A DNA stretch of 62,690 nucleotides from a virus: IMG/VR virus record IMGVR_UViG_3300009156_000005, positions 1 to 62,690 of that record. The stretch is one strand, 5' to 3'. The notes below the pieces were generated by a model, which made no database searches, was not told the DNA's origin, and worked only from the letters and a program-made list of their open reading frames with translations. Position numbers and translations under genes: made by a program. Position 1 is the stretch's first letter; the number at the start of each line of letters is the position of its first letter. This document shows, one piece after another, positions 54,151 through 62,220 of the stretch.

Positions 54151-54158
54151 TCTTTTTT
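54127..54158 (+). terminator. Plus-oriented terminator-like palindrome GAATGAATGATC-AG-GATCATTCATTC followed by T6
   Basis: Perfect palindrome followed by tttttt. The right arm is repeated at 54169-54181. Confidence 0.55.
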
Positions 54159-54183
54159 ATTCCCACTAGGATCATTCATTCAG

Positions 54184-55254
54184 TCACTCAACTTCCTCGG
54201 TCTCAGTCTCTTGGTCATCATCGGTGCCAAAGTCATCGGCCATGAGCTTTGCAATCGGCGTGCGCTCGATGTCGTAAAAGTACATCTTTTTGGCATCGAA
54301 GCCAGAGAACGACATGCCGGTTGCGCCATTCCTGTTCTTGGCAACCACAAAATAACAAGGGTCATCAATGTTGGTCGGGCCTACAATCTTGTTCAGGACT
54401 CTGGTGTCAACTTCCATGCCCTTATCCTGATAATATTTGGGACGCATCATCAGCACGATGTTATCCGCCAGTTGTTCAATCATGCCCGATGAACGCAGGT
54501 CGCTCATCCTGGGTAGCTTGTCGGCTCGATCTTCAACCTCGCGGTTGAGTTGCGAAATGCCAATCACCGGCACGTTGAACTCTTTGGCGATGTCCTTGAG
54601 CGCGGTGACCGCCATGCTTGCCCGCTCTTCGTTGGTCTTGCCTCTGGTGCGCAGTAGCTCCATAAAGTCAAAGACGACCGCCGCCAGCGTGTAATCCTTT
54701 TGAAAATCTTCAAGCTCAGCCTTCATGTAGGAGTAATCCGGTGCCGACTTGTCGGAGATCCAGATTGGCAACTCGGCCAGGTCGCGCAAGGCTTCTTTGA
54801 TGCCATCGTATTGGGCTTGGGTCGCCATGTTACGGCGTAGGGTGGGGATTTCGACACCGGCAACCGCCGAAGCCAGCCTGAGCAGGAGCATGTTGCCTGA
54901 CATTTCTGCGCTAAAGATAGCCACACGCTCATTGCTGCCTTCGACACGCACGGCATCTGTGATCAACTGGATGGCGAGTGCGGTCTTGCCGGTGCCTGGC
55001 CGACCGGCGATGATGGTCAGTTCTTTGGGTGCAAACTGGATGTACTGGTCGAGCGCCTTGAGATTGGCGCGGAAACCGCCACCGGCTTCATTGCGCTGCC
55101 ATGCCTCAACCATGATAATCGCTTCGGCCAAGACAAAGCTGACCGGTCGCAAGCCTTCGCCGCTAAAGCCTTCCGGATTTGTCCTGAAAAACTCATCCAT
55201 CTCATTGAACTCGTTGGGGTCAATGATGTCCTCGAAATCATCCATTACCTTCAT
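54184..55254 (-). CDS. dnaB: DnaB-family replicative helicase (C-terminal RecA-like domain)
   Basis: GRPGTGKT, SQLNREVEDR, and DLRSSGMIEQLADNIVLMMR. Confidence 0.85.
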   Translation of the reverse strand: MKVMDDFEDIIDPNEFNEMDEFFRTNPEGFSGEGLRPVSFVLAEAIIMVEAWQRNEAGGGFRANLKALDQYIQFAPKELTIIAGRPGTGKTALAIQLITDAVRVEGSNERVAIFSAEMSGNMLLLRLASAVAGVEIPTLRRNMATQAQYDGIKEALRDLAELPIWISDKSAPDYSYMKAELEDFQKDYTLAAVVFDFMELLRTRGKTNEERASMAVTALKDIAKEFNVPVIGISQLNREVEDRADKLPRMSDLRSSGMIEQLADNIVLMMRPKYYQDKGMEVDTRVLNKIVGPTNIDDPCYFVVAKNRNGATGMSFSGFDAKKMYFYDIERTPIAKLMADDFGTDDDQETETEEVE

Positions 55255-56293
55255 CCTCTTTCTGGTCGCTCTGTTTCTCTTTGAATCGACTGAACAACTT
55301 GATTAGCGTTTTACTCTTGTCGGTATAGTCCACATCCGAAGTTTCGGGTTTCGCCTGTGGATTAGCTCGGTATTCCATCTCCTTCCGCCGAATCTCGTCG
55401 GCACGTTTTGTTGCTTCAAGACGGCTCAATATCGCTTCAAGGAACCTCATGCTCGGCCAGTTGCCACGCGTGTTCTCGGTGAACGCCGTGTTCAATCCCT
55501 CACGCAGCAACTCATCGCCGTACTTAACATAAAAACCCCATAGTGCTTCTTCGGTCGCCGCGTTGAGCTTCTTGCCGGAGTTGCTGTACCACATGCGCTC
55601 AATCTTTTGAAACGGCGCATCGTTCTTGCTGGGCGGTACTTCCGCGCGCTCGCGAGGATCGCGCGACTGAGAGTTTGTAAAAGAAACATCAGTTGTAGGA
55701 AGATCCGCGCGATCTTGTTCTAGGTTAGTAGTATTCAGATCATTAGTAGAACTAAGAAAAAAAGAAGAAGAAGAAGAAGAAGGTGCAGTGAAATTCACAG
55801 CAGGGGGTGTCATGAAATCCATTGCAGGGGTCACTAATGGCCCGCTCACACTGGTAATGTCGCCAATCTCGCCGTTATCCACCCCATTGGTGAAATTCAA
55901 TGCAGGGGTATTGGTGAAATTCATTGCAGGGGGGGTATTAGTGATATTCATTGCAGGGATCTCACTCACCAGCAACCATGTATCGGGGTCATTGAGCTTG
56001 TACAAGTTTGACAACTTGCTGCCCTTCTTATCACGCCTTGAAACTTTCGTGATAATTCCATACGACGCAAGTTTGTCGAAGGTGTTACGCAACGTCCATT
56101 CTTTGCACCCTGCGGCGCTTGCCACTTCTTCATAGGTTGGCGTCATGTTGCCACGTTGAATCAGCTTGAGCATTGCTCCATAGACACAGACGCCAGCTTG
56201 CCCAACTTGCTCGATGTAATTTTCAAACAGGTACGTCAAGCTGTTGTGAAAAGGTCTGTCCATATCCTCTAACTCCAAGCGTCTTTCAGCCAT
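55238..56293 (-). CDS. Replication initiator / replisome organiser (N-terminal winged helix, C-terminal DnaD-like)
   Basis: ATG at 56293 (MAERRLELE) follows a purine-rich leader. TPTYEEVASAAGCKEWTLRNTFDKLASYGII is HTH-like. The C-terminal region ...NWPSMRFLEAILSRLE is DnaD-like. Confidence 0.6.
   Translation of the reverse strand: MAERRLELEDMDRPFHNSLTYLFENYIEQVGQAGVCVYGAMLKLIQRGNMTPTYEEVASAAGCKEWTLRNTFDKLASYGIITKVSRRDKKGSKLSNLYKLNDPDTWLLVSEIPAMNITNTPPAMNFTNTPALNFTNGVDNGEIGDITSVSGPLVTPAMDFMTPPAVNFTAPSSSSSSFFLSSTNDLNTTNLEQDRADLPTTDVSFTNSQSRDPRERAEVPPSKNDAPFQKIERMWYSNSGKKLNAATEEALWGFYVKYGDELLREGLNTAFTENTRGNWPSMRFLEAILSRLEATKRADEIRRKEMEYRANPQAKPETSDVDYTDKSKTLIKLFSRFKEKQSDQKEDEGNG
55725..55783. 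repeat. A/T-rich tract with (GAA)6 next to the iterons
   Basis: ttagtagtattcagatcattagtagaactaagaaaaaaagaagaagaagaagaagaagg. It encodes poly-Ser on the coding strand. Confidence 0.85.
55788..55958. repeat. Five iteron-like 19-bp repeats GTGAAATTCAWTGCAGGGG inside the initiator gene
   Basis: Copies lie at 55788, 55812, 55889, 55913 and 55940. Confidence 0.8.
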
Positions 56294-56461
56294 CTCTTCA
56301 CTCTTTCTCTTTTCCCACTTGCATATCCAACCCGACCATGCTAGAGTGGAAATCACATGGTTGGGTGTACGTATGGCTGGGGGTATTCGTTTTTGCGGGT
56401 ACTCGTACTGCGTTACTACAACCGCTTTTCTGTGAAGAGAAAAGAGAACTGCAAGCAATTG

Positions 56462-56496
56462 GGGACGGTTGACCAGACCGTCCCTTTTGCTTTCTT
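56462..56496 (+). terminator. Plus-oriented terminator-like hairpin between minus-strand genes
   Basis: Stem GGGACGGT / ACCGTCCC with a 7-nt loop, followed by TTTTgcTTTcTT. Confidence 0.5.
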
Positions 56497-56499
56497 ACG

Positions 56500-56871
56500 C
56501 TACAAGACTTCTTCGATTAAGCCAAGCTCTGTTAAGTGCAGCAGATGGCGCTTGACGGTCACCTTCTGGCAACCCAAGAACGCCGCTATACTGTGTACGG
56601 TTGGCTCATTACCCATGTAAGTGAGGAATTGCCAGGCAACATAGACGGCAACTCCAAACGGCCCCAGCACACGGCTGTTCTCCTGCAAAACTTCTTGTGA
56701 TAAGAACAAGCCCTGTGGCTCCAGCCATCTATTTTCCAAATTACTAACCAGAACAAGCCGGTTCTCATCTTTGTCAGTGGCGCTTGGCTTCTTCAAGGTG
56801 ATGGTACTCATGCCCTGTATCCTCTTTTGGATCTTAAATTGTATATAATCTTGCCAAGATGGTCTTGACAA
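56500..56871 (-). CDS. Winged-helix DNA-binding protein (123 aa)
   Basis: VHSIAAFLGCQKVTVKRHLLHLTELGLIEE. Confidence 0.55.
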   Translation of the reverse strand: MSRPSWQDYIQFKIQKRIQGMSTITLKKPSATDKDENRLVLVSNLENRWLEPQGLFLSQEVLQENSRVLGPFGVAVYVAWQFLTYMGNEPTVHSIAAFLGCQKVTVKRHLLHLTELGLIEEVL

Positions 56872-56898
56872 AAGGGCTGTTCATGCCTTAAATGTAAC

Positions 56899-56927
56899 TT
56901 GACAAACTTCACCTACTCGTGTATAGT
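56899..56927 (+). promoter_or_regulatory. Consensus-like promoter TTGACA-N17-TATAGT pointing antisense into the primase-like gene
   Basis: -35 at 56899-56904 and -10 at 56922-56927. It is flanked by further TTGACA boxes at 56865 and 56928. Confidence 0.5.
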
Positions 56928-56973
56928 TTGACATAAGTTTATTCAGGCATGAACAGTGGGCAAAACTGTGGTG

Positions 56974-57936
56974 TCAACGAGGCCGTGACGTTTCGGGCGT
57001 TGCGGCCTCACTTTGTCTGCGCTTCGGGTCAAACCCATGCAGACTCGCAATGTGAATAATCGTGCCAATGCGGGAGAGTTTGCCCCCGTTGCGGCGGGTG
57101 CCCTTCCAGCACTGCGCTACATCCCCTTCTTCTTCACTTCCCCAATTCAACGCCAGGTTGAAACCGGCATCGCCAAGCTCATTCTTGATCGCCGCAATCA
57201 CCGTGAACCACTCGTCATAGCTGATGCCCCATTTTGGGATAAAGCTCAGGGCTTCGGCTATGCGCTCATACTTTTCATCATCGGTCAGTGGTTGGCTTGG
57301 TTGGCGTTGCGGCCTACGTGGTGGGATCTTGTCGTGAAACGCTCTGTACATTTTGCGCATCACATCGAGCGGCAAGACACTGCCTATCTCTTCGCACATG
57401 CAATCCTTCGCCCCAAAGAAGCCACGGCTAGGGTCTGTACAGGCTTTGTCCCCCCCCAAACATTTGCTCAGGAAAGTGCAAGCGGCGGTATAGCCGTCGG
57501 CGCTTTCTATCGCTCTGTCCAAGAAGAAGATCACCCTACTGCGGGGCGCATCCGGTTTGTGGCTGGCCGTGCTGTGCAGCAGCGTGCCGTAGGCTACAAC
57601 CAGTGGCTTTTTCAAGATAGATCCAAAGCTACTGCGCTCATCTTCGGTGTCGAGATCGACGGCGATGAACTGGCTCTTTTGCCAGTTGGCACTGTGCCGA
57701 TAGTGCGGGTCATGCCAGGCCGTGTAACCGTGACCGTCCCTGATCTGGTCGGCTAACTGGCTCGGCGTGACCGTGCAATTCTCGAAAGAATTGTTGTACT
57801 CGAACCAACGCTTGTCATTTTTTTCCAGCTTGGTCGGTAACGCCATCTGATTGATGGCTACAGCAGCGGCAGCGGCTCTCATGGCCCGCTCTCCCGCCAT
57901 GCCAAGCCAAAAAGTTCGCATGACTCTCTCATACAA
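56974..57936 (-). CDS. Primase-like protein (N-terminal D-x-D region, C-terminal PriCT-like)
   Basis: FIAVDLDTED, SRVIFFLD, and YDEWFTVIAAIKNELGDAGFNLALNWGSEE. Confidence 0.5.
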   Translation of the reverse strand: MYERVMRTFWLGMAGERAMRAAAAAVAINQMALPTKLEKNDKRWFEYNNSFENCTVTPSQLADQIRDGHGYTAWHDPHYRHSANWQKSQFIAVDLDTEDERSSFGSILKKPLVVAYGTLLHSTASHKPDAPRSRVIFFLDRAIESADGYTAACTFLSKCLGGDKACTDPSRGFFGAKDCMCEEIGSVLPLDVMRKMYRAFHDKIPPRRPQRQPSQPLTDDEKYERIAEALSFIPKWGISYDEWFTVIAAIKNELGDAGFNLALNWGSEEEGDVAQCWKGTRRNGGKLSRIGTIIHIASLHGFDPKRRQSEAATPETSRPR

Positions 57937-58048
57937 AATCCTTTCACTCTCTGGTTGTTAACGTGCGTTTTGGGAAAATTGTCGCGTGTTAATACTATGC
58001 GAAGTGACATAACGTGCAAATGGGTGTTACACCGTGCCGGTATAACCA

Positions 58049-58098
58049 GAAAAAAGGTGCCGCCCCCTTTCGGCTTTTTTGAAAATCGCCTATGCGCC
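58049..58098. repeat. About 50-bp conserved element, copy B (see 503-554)
   Basis: agaaaaaaggtgccgccccctttcggcttttttgaaaatcgcctatgcgcc. Confidence 0.8.
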
Positions 58099-58111
58099 TA
58101 TGCGGGAAAAA

Positions 58112-58312
58112 TTAGTCGGCTTTTGGGCTGGAATTTTCCTTGATCGTGTGGCTCTGATGGACACGAGCGCCCATGACAAGTGTGCGGATCATGCGGGACA
58201 TACTAAAGCCACTTTCCTGGCAAAGTCGGCGCAATTTCTCGCGACTTTCCTGGTCAAGTTGTACCGAAATGATATAGGCATTGCCTGGCTGATATTCGGC
58301 GCTTCTTCGCAA
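58112..58312 (-). CDS. Ribbon-helix-helix (Arc/CopG-like) regulator, about 66 aa
   Basis: YIISVQLDQESREKLRRLCQESGFSMSRMIRTLV is the RHH pattern. The TTG start at 58312 is inferred. A promoter lies 55 nt upstream. Confidence 0.5.
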   Translation of the reverse strand: MRRSAEYQPGNAYIISVQLDQESREKLRRLCQESGFSMSRMIRTLVMGARVHQSHTIKENSSPKAD

Positions 58313-58366
58313 ATTCCTACCCCTTTTTGTCGGCAATTTTCCGCGCAACTTGCCGCAACCCCAAAA

Positions 58367-58395
58367 AGAATAGTGACAAATGAAAAAAATGTCAA
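58367..58395 (-). promoter_or_regulatory. Promoter TTGACA-N17-TATTCT for the RHH gene
   Basis: -35 is the complement of 58390-58395 and -10 is the complement of 58367-58372. Confidence 0.55.
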
Positions 58396-58445
58396 GCGGG
58401 GAAATTGTTAAAAAAAAGTTGGCGGCTGTGAAAAAATTTCCCCGC
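58396..58445. promoter_or_regulatory. Inverted repeat GCGGGGAAATT ... AATTTCCCCGC (28-nt spacer) just upstream of the RHH promoter
   Basis: 11-bp arms. A related word, gtgaaaaatttcccc, also occurs at 7846. Confidence 0.6.
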
Positions 58446-58602
58446 AGGAGAGCAAGCAAGCTCAGGAGTTTTCCAAAATGACCCTGGCACTTTACCTTAT
58501 AGGGCTTCGGCCAAAATTGCTCCGTGCGCTCACCCGCACGCCCACGCCCGCTCTTGCACTCGGCCACGCCCCCGCGAGGGCTAAATTTATCATGCTAAGT
58601 GG

Positions 58603-58651
58603 CGGTCTGAGTTTGGTCAAGGTGCTGTCTGGATGCCGTCTGAGTTTGGTC
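58603..58651 (+). repeat. Direct repeat CGTCTGAGTTTGGTC x2, 33 bp apart
   Basis: The copies are at 58603-58618 and 58636-58651. Confidence 0.85.
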
Positions 58652-58816
58652 TTACGCGTCGCTCACGCAAGGCTGGATCGCCGGTTGGCCTAACTTACGA
58701 CCCAGCCCCGCATGAGCTTACCGCGATAAGACGGCGCACCGATCATATCATAATTTTTGCAAAGTAAGCACAGCGAGTTTTTAGCAGGACGGCGCGCTGG
58801 TAGCAGGAAAGTTCCT

Positions 58817-58861
58817 ATTCTTTCCCCTTTAATTCTTTCCCCTTTAATTCTTTCCCCTTTC
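58817..58861 (+). repeat. 15-bp tandem repeat ATTCTTTCCCCTTTA x3
   Basis: Three head-to-tail copies. A GTATATATATAC palindrome lies at 58882-58893. Confidence 0.95.
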
Positions 58862-58930
58862 ATGATTGCGCTCGCGCGTGCGTATATATATACAAGTGCG
58901 CTAGAAACTCTAGATACAACACGTCTTGTA

Positions 58931-58959
58931 TTGACAAATACTCTGGATAAGGCTAGAAT
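58931..58959 (+). promoter_or_regulatory. Promoter TTGACA-N17-TAGAAT for the rightward early genes
   Basis: -35 at 58931-58936 and -10 at 58954-58959. Confidence 0.65.
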
Positions 58960-58997
58960 CACGTAGGTTTAGTGTTTACTTTCACAGGGGAAATTGC

Positions 58998-59480
58998 ATG
59001 AACGACGAAATACGGAAGGCTAGGACAGAAGCGCGCTTTTGGAGCAAGGTAGATGTGCGCTCTGAAAATGAATGTTGGCTATGGCAAGGCGGGAAAAATC
59101 AGGGGGGATATGGAGTGATTGGCGTAGACTCCAAAAACATGTTGGCGCACCGCTATTCTTGGCAATTGCACTACGGGCCGATTCCCGATGATCCTTCTAC
59201 TTATCATGGTACTTGCATACTGCATGATTGCGACGTTCGTGCTTGTGTGAATCCGGCTCACCTGTTTTTGGGGACGCATGAAGATAACATGAACGAAATG
59301 GCTTATAAAGGCAGAGCTAGTGCAATCAAGCAAAGAAAATTAACAGATGAGCAAGTGAACGAAATCAAGACGTTATTGTCAAGTAGACGCAGACCATCAT
59401 TGCGAAAAATCGCTGCGCAATTTGGCGTCAGCCACAATGCTATCTGGTTTATTGACCAAGAAATCACCTGGCGCGAATGA
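58998..59480 (+). CDS. HNH homing-type endonuclease with a C-terminal HTH
   Basis: CWLWQGGKNQGGYG, AHRYSW, CDVRACVNPAHLFLGTHEDNMNE. Confidence 0.85.
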   Translation: MNDEIRKARTEARFWSKVDVRSENECWLWQGGKNQGGYGVIGVDSKNMLAHRYSWQLHYGPIPDDPSTYHGTCILHDCDVRACVNPAHLFLGTHEDNMNEMAYKGRASAIKQRKLTDEQVNEIKTLLSSRRRPSLRKIAAQFGVSHNAIWFIDQEITWRE

Positions 59481-59506
59481 GTTTTAGCGAGTTTTTGGCA
59501 AAACTA

Positions 59507-59535
59507 TTGACAAGTGTATCAAGTTCTGCTACACT
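59507..59535 (+). promoter_or_regulatory. Promoter TTGACA-N17-TACACT containing the operator-like repeat TGTATCA-N5-TGCTACA (59515-59533)
   Basis: -35 at 59507-59512 and -10 at 59530-59535. Confidence 0.65.
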
Positions 59536-59586
59536 TTCAATCAGGAAGTTTTTTGTAAAGCTAATCACTGAAAGACAGGTCAAAGA

Positions 59587-59883
59587 ATGAGCAACACAGC
59601 TAGAAACAAAGAATTGGTAGACGCGCTAGAATTAGTCATGAGGGCGGTAAATGGCGGTGGTAGCGACAATGAAAGAGCCGCCGCCGTTCAAGACTGGTTT
59701 GCTCGTGAACATCGTACTTTGCAACAAAGTTTTATGCGGATCGTGATTATGCCGCTGCTGCTACAGCTTGATCAAGCGTACACGAATGGTCGGACTGATT
59801 TACGCAATCAAGACGCGGCGGAAATGGCGCACAAGATGTTACAAGCGGTTGAAGAGCGGGATCGCTATTTGCCGCTGGTTTAG
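59587..59883 (+). CDS. Hypothetical protein (98 aa)
   Basis: The leader gaaagacaggtcaaagaATG is shared with three other genes. Confidence 0.55.
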   Translation: MSNTARNKELVDALELVMRAVNGGGSDNERAAAVQDWFAREHRTLQQSFMRIVIMPLLLQLDQAYTNGRTDLRNQDAAEMAHKMLQAVEERDRYLPLV

Positions 59884-59955
59884 CAGGTTGTGTCCTAAGC
59901 ATGACACTAAACTGCTTACACTTATCCCACTAACTTTTTGAAAGACAGGTCAATC

Positions 59956-60624
59956 ATGAGCAATAGCATTTTGAAGAGCAAGTATGGCTTTTGTGTGGCA
60001 ACACGCACCAACTATGATCAAAGCAAGCGCCCCGAAATTAACATCGAAATTGAGATCTGCCGGTTGATGCCGCTGGACGTTCCCAAGCCGCCCAAAGACA
60101 TTTTCACAACGTCGCCGCTGATTTATCTGAATACCAAATTGCTTGGCATGGATCGTCCACAGCAACCGTCAAAGTACGGCGTACATCCGTTGGCGTTCCC
60201 GACTAGCACTTGGCAAAGTGGCTATGACGCTGCCATGCTTTGCAAATTTGAATGGTCAAGCTGCAATTACTTGACCGTCAATGTGCAAACGCTCAAAGCG
60301 CCTGGTTGCACCGACGCTATGCGTTTAGTCTGCAAAGCGCAAGAGCTTGCCGACGATTTTGGGGGCAATCTTTACCGCCAAGAAAATAAGCCGTTGACTG
60401 AGAACAATACCTATTGGAGTCTTGATTATTTCACACGGCTGCTGATTGGGCTGCACCACGTAGGGTTGCGCCATGTCACGCCAAAAGATTATTACAGCAA
60501 TCCACAGTCGTTCACACCGTATCAATTCGATGCCGACTTAATCCGCGGGATGTGGGATTCTACCAACATGATCCGCGCCATGTCAGAGCAAGAGCTTATA
60601 GAGCTTGGCGCGATCTATGCCTAA
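59956..60624 (+). CDS. Hypothetical protein (222 aa)
   Basis: The ATG at 59956 follows gaaagacaggtcaatc. Confidence 0.6.
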   Translation: MSNSILKSKYGFCVATRTNYDQSKRPEINIEIEICRLMPLDVPKPPKDIFTTSPLIYLNTKLLGMDRPQQPSKYGVHPLAFPTSTWQSGYDAAMLCKFEWSSCNYLTVNVQTLKAPGCTDAMRLVCKAQELADDFGGNLYRQENKPLTENNTYWSLDYFTRLLIGLHHVGLRHVTPKDYYSNPQSFTPYQFDADLIRGMWDSTNMIRAMSEQELIELGAIYA

Positions 60625-60789
60625 GTTTTTTGTGATAATAGAAGCAACGGCGGATTTTCAGGATGTGGCTTGTGTGCGAATTGCGCGCAAGCCATGTCAA
60701 AACCCTGGTAGCATTTGTTTGGGCTTCCCGACCTATCAGGCTGCGCTCACCTACATTTTATCAAGTGAAGAGTAAAGGACAGGTCAATC

Positions 60790-61083
60790 ATGCAAGTTAA
60801 CATAATCACAATGCAACTTTTTGATCTTGGCAAAGTTGTCGCCACGCACGGCGCGCTGGACGCGCTGCAAGAGGCGCAAGTAGATCCAATGACTTTGGTC
60901 GCACGTCACGCTAACGGCGATTGGGGCGATTTGGGCGATGAGGATAAACAGTCTAATCAAGCTGCCTTAGAGGATGATACGCGCATTTTCAGCGCCTACA
61001 TTTTGCCCGATGGGGTGAAAATTTGGGTAATTACCGAATGGGATCGTTCCTACACGACGCTGCTGCTGCCGTCAGAATACTAG
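60790..61083 (+). CDS. Conserved small protein (97 aa)
   Basis: GDWGDLGDEDKQSNQAA...RIFSAY...ITEWDRSYTTLLLPSEY is a motif I recall from plasmid- and phage-borne proteins of unknown function. The leader is aaaggacaggtcaatc. Confidence 0.6.
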   Translation: MQVNIITMQLFDLGKVVATHGALDALQEAQVDPMTLVARHANGDWGDLGDEDKQSNQAALEDDTRIFSAYILPDGVKIWVITEWDRSYTTLLLPSEY

Positions 61084-61096
61084 CACTGGACTTATC

Positions 61097-61678
61097 ATGA
61101 CAAACACACGCCGCGGTACAGGTCTCTTTAATCATCTCTTGGGGTTCCCCGACCCTAAGAGTGAGCCGCCGCCAGTCGCGCTTTTGAGCCAACACGAGGC
61201 GCACAAACTAGGCTTAGTCAAAGGGCGCGAGATCTGGATCGACAATAAGATTGTCACAGTAATGTTTTGGCCGCGCCCCGATTCGCCATTGCATGACAGC
61301 AAGATGAACCATATCTTCAAAACCAGTGGTGCTAAGTTTTTTGACTTTGATCTTTCGGTATCTGATAGAAGCAAAGTCTATGGCATCAAGGAGTCTATGA
61401 TTTGGGTTCCTGGTAGCAAGGGCAGGATGGAGACGCAAATGGTAGACATTGCGCTTACGCAAGCCGGTTTCTTTCGGGATAACACAGAGCTTGAGTTTAT
61501 CAAGAAATACAAGGAGTACACTGGACTAGCAAGCGAGTACGGCGAATTACGTTGGGCAATGGCTGGACGCTGCGATAAGTTGTTCTCACAACGTCTAGGT
61601 ATGTTGGTCAATGAGCAAGAGTTTATCCACAAAGAGATCAACGCTATGCGTGACAACGAAGGGCCACAGGTCTACTAA
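61097..61678 (+). CDS. Hypothetical protein (193 aa)
   Basis: ORF followed by a strong terminator. Confidence 0.6.
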   Translation: MTNTRRGTGLFNHLLGFPDPKSEPPPVALLSQHEAHKLGLVKGREIWIDNKIVTVMFWPRPDSPLHDSKMNHIFKTSGAKFFDFDLSVSDRSKVYGIKESMIWVPGSKGRMETQMVDIALTQAGFFRDNTELEFIKKYKEYTGLASEYGELRWAMAGRCDKLFSQRLGMLVNEQEFIHKEINAMRDNEGPQVY

Positions 61679-61698
61679 ACTTATCACGCAAAACACAT

Positions 61699-61729
61699 GC
61701 CGCTGGGGTATTCCCTAGCGGCTTTTTTT
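61699..61729 (+). terminator. Intrinsic terminator
   Basis: Stem GCCGCTGGGG / CCCTAGCGGC (one wobble pair) with loop tatt, followed by T7. Confidence 0.8.
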
Positions 61730-61784
61730 ATTGTAAACTGTCTTTACCGCACAGACAGGATTTTGACAGGGAGATAAATTTATC

Positions 61785-62159
61785 ATGGCAAAAGCAAGTG
61801 ATACACAAGAGCTAGAGGTCACACAGGATAACACGACGGTACAATTCACAGGCATCCCAGCCGATCATTGGTACGCTTGGAATTATCAAGCTACTGACAC
61901 GGATCCGGTACAGGTCTTTGAGTTTGGGATGCCGCTCAATGACTTGGATGCCGGTAATCGCATTGCCAAGTTTTTTGACTTGGATACTTTGCCCGCTGGA
62001 TTTGTCTTGACACCGACAAGCGAAGGGGTACTCGGCACGACTGTACGTAGCGAGACAAGCCCAAGCACACCGCCGAATCCGCCGCCGCCGCCGCCCGAAC
62101 CGACTCCAGAGCCAACGCCAGAGCCAACGCCCGAACCAGAGCCGCCTTTCGCGGCGTAG
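61785..62159 (+). CDS. Hypothetical protein (124 aa) with a Pro-rich PEPT tail
   Basis: ORF with the C-terminal tail PPNPPPPPPEPTPEPTPEPTPEPEPP. Confidence 0.55.
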   Translation: MAKASDTQELEVTQDNTTVQFTGIPADHWYAWNYQATDTDPVQVFEFGMPLNDLDAGNRIAKFFDLDTLPAGFVLTPTSEGVLGTTVRSETSPSTPPNPPPPPPEPTPEPTPEPTPEPEPPFAA

Positions 62160-62191
62160 GCAAACGGACTGAATGTTGACCGTCAGCCGTC

Positions 62192-62220
62192 CAACTAAAT
62201 GTATCAGAATCCGCTACACT
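62192..62220 (+). promoter_or_regulatory. Operator/promoter motif TGTATCA-N5-CGCTACA with a TACACT -10 box
   Basis: tgtatcagaatccgctaca lies at 62200-62218 and the -10 box at 62215-62220. The -35 is weak (caacta). Confidence 0.5.

Noticed and set aside
55238-56458. Long 406-aa form of the initiator starting at TTG 56458
   Set aside because: The upstream 55 codons cross a terminator-like hairpin region and lack an RBS. The ATG at 56293 follows a purine-rich leader.
58112-58567. Full 151-aa form of the RHH ORF
   Set aside because: The N-terminal 85 residues are not protein-like and overlap a good promoter and an inverted repeat. Only the C-terminal 66 codons carry the ribbon-helix-helix pattern.
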